From Caldisericota bacterium (GTDB taxonomy: Bacteria > Caldisericota > Caldisericia > Cryosericales > Cryosericaceae): DNA of 34,061 nt. The translations under genes and the position numbers were made by a program. Below the pieces are notes generated by a model, which did not search any database, was not told where the DNA came from, and saw only the letters and a list, made by a program, of their open reading frames with translations. Each line of letters begins with the position of its first letter. Position 1 is the first letter of the stretch. The DNA is taken from NCBI GenBank assembly GCA_026390215.1, contig JAPLGJ010000190.1, positions 1-34,061 on the forward strand, read 5' to 3'. Positions 8,314 to 17,307 of this stretch are shown in pieces.

Positions 8314-8343
8314 TGGTGTCATAATCGTCGATGAGGTGAATTC

Positions 8344-9075
8344 ATGCTAATAGACAAACTCTGGGAACTTCAGGAACTCCAGTTGGACTATCGGCAGAAG
8401 GAACGTCTTCTGGAGGAGTCTGACTTGTCTTCATTGTTGAGTCACAAGATCGACGAGACCGAGGAACAGCTGACCGCACTGCGCGAGCAGCTGGAAACAT
8501 TCAGGGCCGACGAGGTCAGGATCGGTGAGAAGCTGGACGACCTTTCGGCGAAGGTTCACGAAGCAGGCGCGAAACTCGGGAAGGAAGAAATGTCCGAGGA
8601 CAAGGTCCAGAAACTCGAGGAGAAGATGAAGAAGCTCACCCTCGAGAAGGAGAAGGTCGAGGATGCGCAGGGGAAGAACTTCCACGATCGGCAGGATGTC
8701 GAAGATCAGACCAGAGCATCGGAATTGCTGGCAGAGAAGCTTCGCAAGGAGCTCGTTACCATTCCACAGTTGGACAGGACCTCGAGAGCTGCCGTGAAGA
8801 AGTCTCTCCCTGCCTTGCGCAAGGAAATGGAGGATCGCAAGTCGAAGCTGCCGCTGAAAGCCAAGCTGATCTTCGAGAGTCTTTCAGAGAAGTTCAGCGG
8901 AGCGCCCGTTGCAAGAGCGGCGAGTTCGACCTGTGACTACTGTCACGTGAGACTGTCCCAGAAGACACTGTTCAATCTTCGCAATGCAGAGGGCGGTAGT
9001 GGTGATGCTGAGGATCTCATCCGTTGCGAGATCTGCGGCAAGATCCTGTACGCTGGTACCAAGGACCGCGAATGA
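8344..9075 (+). CDS. Coiled-coil protein with C-terminal C4 zinc ribbon (DUF164/CT398-like)
   Basis: SD GAGGTG; starts LWELQELQ; long coiled coil; CDYCH..CEICGKIL. Confidence 0.88.
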   Translation: MLIDKLWELQELQLDYRQKERLLEESDLSSLLSHKIDETEEQLTALREQLETFRADEVRIGEKLDDLSAKVHEAGAKLGKEEMSEDKVQKLEEKMKKLTLEKEKVEDAQGKNFHDRQDVEDQTRASELLAEKLRKELVTIPQLDRTSRAAVKKSLPALRKEMEDRKSKLPLKAKLIFESLSEKFSGAPVARAASSTCDYCHVRLSQKTLFNLRNAEGGSGDAEDLIRCEICGKILYAGTKDRE

Positions 9076-9380
9076 GTCAGTCGCAGGCAGGAGATCTTCC
9101 TGCTTGAGGAAAGTCCGGGCTCCAAGAAGCGAGTTGCTCGGGAAACCCGAGTGGGGGTAACCCCAAGGAAAGCGCAACAGAAAATATACCGCCCCGCAAG
9201 GGGTAAGGGTGAAATGGTGGTGCAAGAGACCACCGGCAGACCAGCGATGGGCTGCGCATTGCAAACCCCAACTGGAGCAAGACAAAATAGGAAGGCACAC
9301 AGGGCTGCTTCTCCCTGCCTTCGGGTATGTCGCTTAGATAAATGACTGACCACGACAGAACCTGGCTTATCATTCGCGGT
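9065..9380 (+). ncRNA. rnpB: RNase P RNA (bacterial type A-like)
   Basis: GAGGAAAGTCCGGGCTCC near the 5' end and ACAGAACCTGGCTTA near the 3' end; P1 ACCGCGAATGA/TCATTCGCGGT; P2 GTCAGTC/GACTGAC. Confidence 0.96.
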
Positions 9381-9384
9381 ATAT

Positions 9385-9521
9385 GAAGAGACCCCGGCCG
9401 TACTTCGGAAGGGGTCTCTGCGTTTGTCGTATAGCAGGAGACCCCGGCCGTACTTCGGAAGGGGTCTCTGCGTTTGTCGTATAGCAGGAGACCCCGGCCG
9501 TACTTCGGAAGGGGTCTCTTC
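9385..9521. repeat. 50-bp tandem repeat (about 2.6 copies) of a hairpin; likely a bidirectional terminator region between rnpB and tpiA
   Basis: GAGACCCC-GGCCGTACTTCGGAA-GGGGTCTC at 9388, 9438 and 9488 with identical linkers. Outer ends GAAGAGACCCC/GGGGTCTCTTC are complementary. Confidence 0.9.
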
Positions 9522-9552
9522 ACATACCCGACGGACAGCGTTTGGCAGAGAG

Positions 9553-10314
9553 CTACACCTGCTCTGCGATCGCAATCAGCTCGGCGAAGGCGGCCGGCTT
9601 GAGGCTGGCCCCTCCGATCAGTCCGCCGTCCACCGAAGGGAGGCCCGCGATCGAGGCGAAGTTGGCCGGCTTGACGCTCCCGCCGTACAGAATCGCGACA
9701 GAGCCACCAACTACCGATCCTAGAAGCTGCTTGAGGTGCTCGCGGATGAGGAGGTGCGCTTCCTCGATCTGCTCATTCGTGGCATTCACCCCTGTTCCAA
9801 TGGCCCATACCGGCTCATAGGCGACGATGAGCTGAGCACCGTCGGTGAGCTGGACGTCAGTGAGGGCGGTGTCCAGCTGCCCGAACACCACTTCCTCGAT
9901 CTTCCCCGCATTGCGCTCCTCGAGCGTCTCTCCAACGCACAAGACAGGAATCAGGGACGCCTGCAGGGAGTTGACCAGCTTGCGATGAAGGAGAGCGGCT
10001 GACTCGCCGATGATGTGTCTGCGCTCCGAATGCCCTATCAGTACGTGGGTCGCCCCTGTTGAGCGGATCATGGCCGGTGACACTTCTCCGGTGAACGCGC
10101 CTTCTGCGTCGGCCGCGACATCTTGAGCGCCGAGTTGCACCCAGGCTGGTACCACCCCTGTCTTTGCCAGCGCCCCCAATGCGATGTAGTTGGGGAACAC
10201 GAGGACTCGCACCTTGTCCCCCTGCGGGGGAGTGGTGGCGGTCAGCTCGGCAAAGTAGGCCCCCGACTCCTCAATGGTTTTGAACATCTTCCAGTTTCCC
10301 GCGACGATTTTCAT
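9553..10314 (-). CDS. tpiA: Triosephosphate isomerase
   Basis: MKIVAGNWKM after SD AAGGAG; GHSERR, AYEPVWAIGTG, YGGSVKP, GGASL. Confidence 0.97.
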   Translation of the reverse strand: MKIVAGNWKMFKTIEESGAYFAELTATTPPQGDKVRVLVFPNYIALGALAKTGVVPAWVQLGAQDVAADAEGAFTGEVSPAMIRSTGATHVLIGHSERRHIIGESAALLHRKLVNSLQASLIPVLCVGETLEERNAGKIEEVVFGQLDTALTDVQLTDGAQLIVAYEPVWAIGTGVNATNEQIEEAHLLIREHLKQLLGSVVGGSVAILYGGSVKPANFASIAGLPSVDGGLIGGASLKPAAFAELIAIAEQV

Positions 10315-10354
10315 GTTGTTCTCCTTTTGACGCGACACATGACACCCACGCCCG

Positions 10355-11641
10355 CTATGATTCTTCATCCTCGGCCGCGCGTGGCGGAGCTGTGGGCAAT
10401 CGCTCTGCACGCACTCTGGAGATTCTCTTCCCAACAACGTTCACGACTGTGAGAACAACGCCGGTGTGCTCGACCTTGTCTCCAACACGAGGAAGTCGCC
10501 CAATCTGGGACAGCATGAGCCCTGCGACGGTATCGTAGTCTTCACCCGACAACTCTGCGTGAAAGAGTTCCGAAACCTTGTCGGTCGACACCGAACCCTT
10601 GATAAGGAATGCATCGGCTCCTGCGTTCTCGATTTCGGCGGCCTCCTTGTCATACTCGTCCTGGATCTCGCCGAACACTTCCTCCAGGATATCCTCGACG
10701 GTAATGAGCCCTGAAACGGCACCGTACTCGTCGAAGAGAACGGCTGTCTGGATGCGCTGCCGCTGCATCTCCTGGAGCAGGCTGCTGATTTTCTTGGTGT
10801 CGGGAGCAAAGAATGGCTGCCGGAGGATGCCGCTTGCCTTGACGTTGGGCCCGGCACCGCCCGCCATGGCTCTCAGCGCATCCTTGGCATAAACGACTCC
10901 CACGACGTTGTCGTCGTCCATGACCGGCAAACGGGAGTGGCCGGTCTCGTTGATGGCCCTGACCACTTCACTGATTGGCGTTTCCTTCTCGACTGTTCTC
11001 ACGTCCACAAACGGCGTCATGATCTCATAGGCTAGTGTGTTGGTATAGTCGAAGATGTTGTAGATGAGGCGCTCTTCCTCTTTGTCGATCACGCCGTCCT
11101 CCTGCCCCATCTTCAGCAGATAGCGGAAGTCCTCGGAGTCGTTGAGGTAGCCAGTGTGCTTGGCACGCCGGAGCAGTGGTCCTGTGAAGACGCCCGAGAC
11201 TGCCGCAAGTGCACGTGCGCCCGGGTACAGCAGCAGGTACAGAGGATACAGCAAGATAGCTGTGCCGCGTGTGACCTGTTCAGGGAACGCCTTGCCGATC
11301 GACTTCGGGATACTCTCGGCAAAGATGACGACAACAACTGTCAAGGCGAGTGTGGAGGCCACCGCAAGCAGGTCCGGATTCACGCGCGCGAACAGGGTGA
11401 GAACGACCCGAGCGAAGATGAAGGACGCCCCAAGATTGGCCATGTTGTTCCCCAGGACGACCACGGCGATGAGCATCGAATGGCTGGCCGCCATTCTGGC
11501 TCTCAGCCGGTCAGCAAGGACGGAAGATGCTCCGGTCTTTTCCAGAGCCATCGGTGTGATGGTCACGTAGCCGTATTCCACCATGGAAAAAAGGAACGAC
11601 AGAATCAGCAGGACCACCAATCCGACGATCTGCCCAGTCAT
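10355..11641 (-). CDS. CNNM/DUF21-CBS-CorC (hemolysin family) membrane protein
   Basis: N-terminal TM helices with LGNN and FAESIPK; CBS pair GHSRLPV / DEYGAVSGLITVEDILEE; C-terminal YDTVAG. Confidence 0.92.
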   Translation of the reverse strand: MTGQIVGLVVLLILSFLFSMVEYGYVTITPMALEKTGASSVLADRLRARMAASHSMLIAVVVLGNNMANLGASFIFARVVLTLFARVNPDLLAVASTLALTVVVVIFAESIPKSIGKAFPEQVTRGTAILLYPLYLLLYPGARALAAVSGVFTGPLLRRAKHTGYLNDSEDFRYLLKMGQEDGVIDKEEERLIYNIFDYTNTLAYEIMTPFVDVRTVEKETPISEVVRAINETGHSRLPVMDDDNVVGVVYAKDALRAMAGGAGPNVKASGILRQPFFAPDTKKISSLLQEMQRQRIQTAVLFDEYGAVSGLITVEDILEEVFGEIQDEYDKEAAEIENAGADAFLIKGSVSTDKVSELFHAELSGEDYDTVAGLMLSQIGRLPRVGDKVEHTGVVLTVVNVVGKRISRVRAERLPTAPPRAAEDEES

Positions 11642-12147
11642 GCGGACCTTCTCGCCAAGTCAGGGCAGTGCTCGTGCGCAATTGTTGCGAACACCTCTTC
11701 CTCGCGGTGCTCCATCAGTGTGCGGTCATGCTCCACGGTGTGGTCGAAGCCGACCAGGTGGAGCACAGAGTGAATCAGCGAGAACGCGAGCTGGTCCTCA
11801 AGCCCGTTTCCACTGGAGACGGCTTTGCTCTCCACCGCATCCATGCAGATGACGACGTCCCCCAGCACCCATCCCGTGCCCGGCACGGCATAGCCCAGCG
11901 GAAACGATAGCATGTCGGTCATCGTGTCGCTGCCTCTGTGGTCACGGTTCAACTCCTGCATTTGAAACCCAGGGACGAAATAGCAGGAGATGGCGACAGC
12001 GTGTCGAACACCCGGAATTGCAGTGATTTCCGGTTGTATCAGACGGGTTATGCGGACGACAAGCTCCACCAGAGCCTTGCTGTCCACCTGCCATCCGGGA
12101 TCCGACAGTTCCACCCGACAACGTACTGACAGGTCAGATTCTTTCAT
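11638..12147 (-). CDS. ybeY: rRNA maturation endoribonuclease YbeY
   Basis: LNRDHRG..TDMLSFP, LGDVVIC, HSVLHLVGFDH. Confidence 0.93.
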   Translation of the reverse strand: MKESDLSVRCRVELSDPGWQVDSKALVELVVRITRLIQPEITAIPGVRHAVAISCYFVPGFQMQELNRDHRGSDTMTDMLSFPLGYAVPGTGWVLGDVVICMDAVESKAVSSGNGLEDQLAFSLIHSVLHLVGFDHTVEHDRTLMEHREEEVFATIAHEHCPDLARRSA

Positions 12148-14221
12148 TTGCCTCCTCGGGCGTCACATAGGCATCGCGAACATGGTAGAACGAGATGAGA
12201 GATGTGAGGAAGTAGTCCTTGACGGCACCAATCTCACCCAGTGTGAGCTGTGACTCGGCAAGTTGACCGTCGGCAATGCGAGCGCTGACAATCGCGTCGA
12301 TGAGCCCTTCCAGAGCCGGTTTGTCCACCCTTGCAAGCGAACGCGCCGCCGCTTCGACGCCGTCGGCGAGGAAGACAAGAGAGGATTCCCTCGTGTGCGG
12401 CTTCGGTCCCTGGTACCTGAATGTGTCAGGCGAGAGGTTTGTCTGCTCGGCGGACGCCTTGTCGTAGAAGAACTGCACCACAGTCGTGCCATGGTGCTCG
12501 GCGATGATATCGACCACCTCGGGCGGCAGGTGATTGCTCCCTGCAAGCGTGACGCCAGCCTGGACGTGCTCGAGGATCACCTTGGTACTCAGTTCGGGAG
12601 AGATATCCTCGTGGATGTTCGGCAGTTCTCCGCGGTTTTCGCCGAAGAATTGTGGATGCAGCAACTTGCCGATGTCATGGTAGTAACCGCCGACGCGAGC
12701 CATCAGCCAGTTTGCACCGATACGCTGAGCGGCACCTGCTGCGAGATTGGCCACGTTGAGACTGTGATGGTACGTTCCCGGGGCGCTTTCGAACAGCTGC
12801 GCCAGAAGCTTGCTTCCCGTATCCAGAAGCTCGCGCAGCCTCATGACGGTGGCGACGTTGAAGAGCCGCTCGAAAACCAGGGTCAGTCCCAATGCAAACA
12901 CGGCTGCAACAACACCCCCTGCGAGCAGGTACCCGGCGTTGGCAGCAATCACGGAAAGCCGTTGTTCGCTGAGCCCGGCAAGGGCGCCGTAGACGGCAGC
13001 TGCTGATACCCCCGCAATCGGCCCGGCGATGAGAAGGGCACTCATCTTGTTCGCCTTCCGCATGACGATGAAGAGCGAAATAGCCCCCACGACGAGCCCC
13101 GAGATCACTTCCGCGGGCATCGGAACCATGATCCATGTCATGACCATCAGGGCAAGGCCGAAGACCGTGGCAAGGGCACCCTCGAAGAAAACGAACCCGA
13201 GCAGCATGCAGAGGAAGAAGGGGGTCATCGTTGCCGCCACACCACCGGCAAGCCAGCCGATCGCGATGCAGGAGCCGCCGATGACCCCTGTCTCCATCAG
13301 TAGATGCTCGGTCCGGCCTTTCGCCGAACCCAGTAGTATGACTGCCAGCGCGACCGCTATCCACGCAAGCCACGCGACCAGGATCTGAGAAACAACGTTC
13401 CGAAGCGCGCGAGGTCCCCAGACCAGGCCTGTGGTCAAGAGCACGTCGACAGTGCTTTGATCCAGTATGCTCCCCTTCTTCACGACGGGGGTGCCGGCGA
13501 GGATGGTCGAGACAACCGGCGATACGGAGGACGCAGCCTTCTCGCGCGCAAGCAGCGTTGCCTGCTCATCGAAAATGAGGTTCGAAGACACGAAACGGGC
13601 GGCCAGCAGATACGCTGAGCGCACTTGGTTATCAGAGACACTGTAGGTCTTCAGTTCCGTGTTGATGCTCTCGCGGGCAGCTGCAAGGCTCCCCTCCAGG
13701 ACGCCGCGACTCATGACGGTCGTCAGTGCCTGACGCGCCGCCGTCTTCGACGATTGAACCTCCGATTCCGAACAGGTCGCCAGGTACTTGGTCGTTGCAC
13801 CTGCCGAGGTCATGAGCAGTGCAGCGATCCGCTGAGAGTCCTGGTCCAGAGTGAGGTCCTGCGCGCGTATGGCGATGACCTTGGTCATGGTTTCTTCGAA
13901 GGCAGCGACGGCTGCAGGCAGCCGCGAGCTGTCGAACTTGTAGATCGGAGCGACTTCGTCTCTGGCGCGCTTGCGAAGGTCCTCAGTCCTGGCACCATCG
14001 ACATAGATGATGTCTCGCCTGGAAACCATGTCTTCCTCGAGGACGGTGCCTACAGCCACACTTCTGCATACGGGCACGAACGGAAGAGCGCATAGCAGGG
14101 CAGACAGAAGTGCCGCCAAAATGAACACGAGGGTACCGCTGTGTCTGAATCGTGTGAGTCGGACAACGAGGCTATGACGAACACTTCGGAGCAAACGCGC
14201 TATTCTACTGTGTCTGGTCAT
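12134..14221 (-). CDS. 7TM-HD phosphohydrolase (PgpH-like c-di-AMP phosphodiesterase); start uncertain
   Basis: Extracellular domain, TM bundle, then APGTYHHS, YYHDIGK, EHHGT, FRYQGPKP, LADGVEAA. Confidence 0.88.
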   Translation of the reverse strand: MTRHSRIARLLRSVRHSLVVRLTRFRHSGTLVFILAALLSALLCALPFVPVCRSVAVGTVLEEDMVSRRDIIYVDGARTEDLRKRARDEVAPIYKFDSSRLPAAVAAFEETMTKVIAIRAQDLTLDQDSQRIAALLMTSAGATTKYLATCSESEVQSSKTAARQALTTVMSRGVLEGSLAAARESINTELKTYSVSDNQVRSAYLLAARFVSSNLIFDEQATLLAREKAASSVSPVVSTILAGTPVVKKGSILDQSTVDVLLTTGLVWGPRALRNVVSQILVAWLAWIAVALAVILLGSAKGRTEHLLMETGVIGGSCIAIGWLAGGVAATMTPFFLCMLLGFVFFEGALATVFGLALMVMTWIMVPMPAEVISGLVVGAISLFIVMRKANKMSALLIAGPIAGVSAAAVYGALAGLSEQRLSVIAANAGYLLAGGVVAAVFALGLTLVFERLFNVATVMRLRELLDTGSKLLAQLFESAPGTYHHSLNVANLAAGAAQRIGANWLMARVGGYYHDIGKLLHPQFFGENRGELPNIHEDISPELSTKVILEHVQAGVTLAGSNHLPPEVVDIIAEHHGTTVVQFFYDKASAEQTNLSPDTFRYQGPKPHTRESSLVFLADGVEAAARSLARVDKPALEGLIDAIVSARIADGQLAESQLTLGEIGAVKDYFLTSLISFYHVRDAYVTPEEANERI

Positions 14222-14813
14222 GGGTGGTACTATCTGCCTCGTTTCTGTGCCTTGTTGCACGGAAGAATGTCGTGCTAACGTCTCCGTAGCGCCTTTCCTT
14301 GTAACTCACCAGATCGATCGCCAGCCCTTCATACCGTTCATGCACGGGTTGCCTTGATGCATGTTCCATGATTATGATACAGCCGTCTGCTGCATCGCGC
14401 AAATGCTCGGACAGGGTGACCAGGAGCCCTTCCTGCAATCCGGAGTCAAAGGGCGGGTCTGCAAAGAGGACGTCGAACTCCGTTCCCTGCAATCCGCCCA
14501 CATATCCATCAGCGTCGCCCTTGACGACAGAAGACTGCTCCTCAAGCGAAAGCATCCGCAGGTTGTCACGGATCAGACGCACTGAGCGACTGTCCGCATC
14601 GACGAAGGTCGTATGTGCCGCTCCATTGCTGAGCGCCTCGATGCCAACTGCACCGGTGCCGCTGCAGACGTCGATGAACCGCGCTCCTGCAAGAACCGGT
14701 CGCAGCATATCCATGATGGCCTCTCGTGCCTTGTCGGACGTGGGCCGCAGCCACGGTTCCTTCCCGATTGCCTTCAGTGAACGTCCCTTCAGTGCACCTG
14801 ATCCGATGATCAA
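14205..14813 (-). CDS. rsmD: 16S rRNA m2G966 methyltransferase
   Basis: TTG 14813 after SD GGAGG; LKGRSL, LRPTSDKAREA, GTGAVGIEALSNGA, FADPPF, RRYG. Confidence 0.92.
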   Translation of the reverse strand: MIIGSGALKGRSLKAIGKEPWLRPTSDKAREAIMDMLRPVLAGARFIDVCSGTGAVGIEALSNGAAHTTFVDADSRSVRLIRDNLRMLSLEEQSSVVKGDADGYVGGLQGTEFDVLFADPPFDSGLQEGLLVTLSEHLRDAADGCIIIMEHASRQPVHERYEGLAIDLVSYKERRYGDVSTTFFRATRHRNEADSTTHDQTQ

Positions 14814-14814
14814 C

Positions 14815-17274
14815 TCAGTTGTCCTCCATGCCTGGCTTTGAAGCAGGGTACCGGAGAGACAGCATACGGGCCAGATCGATGTGTTCCGGAGTGCCAAGTG
14901 CGGGGTCGCGTTCCAAGAGCTCCGAAGCAGCCTCTCGAATCTGCGGTAGAGCCGAGAGATCACGGTAGGTCAGCAGGGCTGTCGATCCGAACAGCGGAAC
15001 GTCATAGCCATGCTGGACGGTTCCCAGGATGTCGCCGGGTCCTCGCAGTTTGAGGTCTTCCTCTGCGATCTGGAATCCGTCGTCAGAATTGACCAGGACC
15101 TGGAGGCGTTCGGTACCGTCGGCAGTCGCGTTGCCCTGGATGAGCATACAATGCGAGACCGAGGACCCTCGGCCGACTCTCCCGCGGAGCTGATGGAGCG
15201 TAGCGAGCCCGAATCTCTCCGCATCCTCGATGACCATGACACTTGCATTCGGCACGTCGACACCCACCTCGACGACCGTCGTCGCAATAAGGGCATCCAG
15301 ACTCCCCAACCGGAAGGCGTCCATGGTAGCCTCCTTCTCACTGCTCTTCATGCGTCCGTGCAACGACGCAATGCGCAGGCCCTTCAGACTGCCTGTGGTC
15401 AGCTCCTTCATTGTCTCCTCGACGGACGCAGTGCCTGCGCCCTCGTCCAAAGCGGGGTCAATGGCGGGGACCACGACAAATGCCTGCCGGCCCCGAGCAA
15501 TCTCCCTGCGCGCCATGGCGTAGGCGCTATCGCGTTTAGCGGCCGTCAGGAGATGCGTCTGGATCGGGAACCTCCCCGGAGGCTTCTCCAGCAGTTCGGA
15601 GATGTCGAGATCGCCGTATATGGTGAGAGCCAGCGTTCTCGGGATCGGGGTCGCGCTCATGACGAGCGAGTGTGGCTGGTTGCCCTTCGTCCCCAGAGCT
15701 ACGCGCTGAGCAACTCCAAAGCGATGCTGCTCGTCGACCACGCTCAGGCCAAGACGCTCGAATGCCACACCCTCCTCGAGAATGGCATGTGTGCCGACGA
15801 GACAATCGACTTCACCGGTTGCGACAGCGCTCAGGATGCTCCTGCGCTGGGACTTGGGCATCCCTCCGGTCAGCGTGGCGACTCGAACCCCGACAGGAGC
15901 AAGCATCTCCTGGAGGACGCGTCCCGTTTGCCCTGCGAGAATCTCAGTGGGACTCAGGACGGCGCTCTGGTATCCAGCCACCTTGGCTGCATACGCCGCG
16001 TACCCGGCCACCGCCGTCTTGCCTGAGCCAACGTCCCCGTGGAGCAGGCGGTGCATCTGCTTCGGTCTGCGGACGTCTCCCTCAATGTCTCGCATGGCCG
16101 CTGTCTGAGACGCAGTGGGAACGAACGGCAGGACTCCGGCATAGCGTTCGACTGTCCCCGCGGGCAGGTCGAACGGGGTTCCCAGAACATCTTGTTCGAC
16201 GTGCCTGCGCATCAGCACTCTGAGTTCAAAGAGAAACAGACTATCGAATGCAAACCGCCCGCGTGCCCTTTCTGCCTCGTTTTCATCGGTGGGGAAGTGC
16301 AGGGAGCGGTAGCTCCAGGCAAGGTCAGGCAGCTGGAAACGCGAAGCCACGTCCCGTGGCAGATACTCGGCGGCCACAGAGGGTATCCGGCCTGCAGCAC
16401 GCCACATATGAGACCGCAATCCCTTCTGGGTGACGCCCGACGTAAGGTGATAGAGCGGTACGATCCGGTTCATGTGCAGTTGGGCAGCCGGTGTTCCCGA
16501 TTCCTCAAAAGCCGGCTGCATCAGCTGAGCCCCTTCGAACGAATTCTCCAGTCTTCCGTAGAAGTCGTAGTCGTGTCCGGCCTGCAGTCTGCTCCTCACG
16601 AACCGGTTGTTGAACCAGACGAGGTGGAACACGCGTCCACCGGGGTCCCTGGCTGTCGCCTTGACCAGCAGGACCTTTCGGCGGATCTCTGTAGCCGACT
16701 GCAGCCGCGCTTTGATGAGGACCATCTGTCCAAGCGACTCGCGCGACACCTCCGTAGGATAGCGAAGGTCGAGGTAGCCCTTGGGCGCATGCTGGAGCAG
16801 GTCGGCAATGCTGGCCACCCCGAGTTTCGCCATGACCTCTTGAACGCGAGGTCCCACCCCCCACAATGTGGATACCGGTTTCTCGAGCACCTCCAGCAAT
16901 GCGTTCATGCTGTCGGACACAGGCTTCGGCGAAGGCGGCGCACACGTCGCAGACGCGCTTCCCTGCAGTGGCGACCCTGCAGCCCAAGGCGTCGAGCTTT
17001 CCAATAGGGCAAGAAGCGCGCTGCACCGGTTTGTCCGCTCGCGCTTCGGCAGGAACTGATAGTCAACCAGCAGAGACCGCAGCTCGTTCGTTACACCCTG
17101 CTCCGCTACATGCTGTGCTGGCGTGCAAGAGTCTTTCACCGTCGCCAGGGCCAGCCGCGCAAACCCGCCTACGGCAGCGTCGTCCTGACAGCCGCGTTTG
17201 AGTTCCAGGCGTACTAGACCCCGCAGGAGCTCCTTCCACGTATCTGATTCCGCCGGACTGCCTCCGCCGCTCAC
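14815..17274 (-). CDS. recG: ATP-dependent DNA helicase RecG
   Basis: RLLHGDVGSGKT, DEQHRFGV, MSATPIPRTL, ERFGLATLHQLRGRVGRG, DGFQIAEEDLKLRGPG. Confidence 0.96.
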   Translation of the reverse strand: MSGGGSPAESDTWKELLRGLVRLELKRGCQDDAAVGGFARLALATVKDSCTPAQHVAEQGVTNELRSLLVDYQFLPKRERTNRCSALLALLESSTPWAAGSPLQGSASATCAPPSPKPVSDSMNALLEVLEKPVSTLWGVGPRVQEVMAKLGVASIADLLQHAPKGYLDLRYPTEVSRESLGQMVLIKARLQSATEIRRKVLLVKATARDPGGRVFHLVWFNNRFVRSRLQAGHDYDFYGRLENSFEGAQLMQPAFEESGTPAAQLHMNRIVPLYHLTSGVTQKGLRSHMWRAAGRIPSVAAEYLPRDVASRFQLPDLAWSYRSLHFPTDENEAERARGRFAFDSLFLFELRVLMRRHVEQDVLGTPFDLPAGTVERYAGVLPFVPTASQTAAMRDIEGDVRRPKQMHRLLHGDVGSGKTAVAGYAAYAAKVAGYQSAVLSPTEILAGQTGRVLQEMLAPVGVRVATLTGGMPKSQRRSILSAVATGEVDCLVGTHAILEEGVAFERLGLSVVDEQHRFGVAQRVALGTKGNQPHSLVMSATPIPRTLALTIYGDLDISELLEKPPGRFPIQTHLLTAAKRDSAYAMARREIARGRQAFVVVPAIDPALDEGAGTASVEETMKELTTGSLKGLRIASLHGRMKSSEKEATMDAFRLGSLDALIATTVVEVGVDVPNASVMVIEDAERFGLATLHQLRGRVGRGSSVSHCMLIQGNATADGTERLQVLVNSDDGFQIAEEDLKLRGPGDILGTVQHGYDVPLFGSTALLTYRDLSALPQIREAASELLERDPALGTPEHIDLARMLSLRYPASKPGMEDN

Positions 17275-17307
17275 AGGGCCGCTAATCCTCGGGATTCCTG
17301 CACCAGC

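Noticed and set aside
9385-9521. Possible mini-CRISPR array (three palindromic ~31-bp repeats)
   Set aside because: The linkers are identical and only 19 nt, and no cas genes are present. It is a tandem duplication.
8884-9723. ORFs overlapping rnpB and the 50-bp repeats
   Set aside because: These are shadow frames over a structural RNA and repeat.
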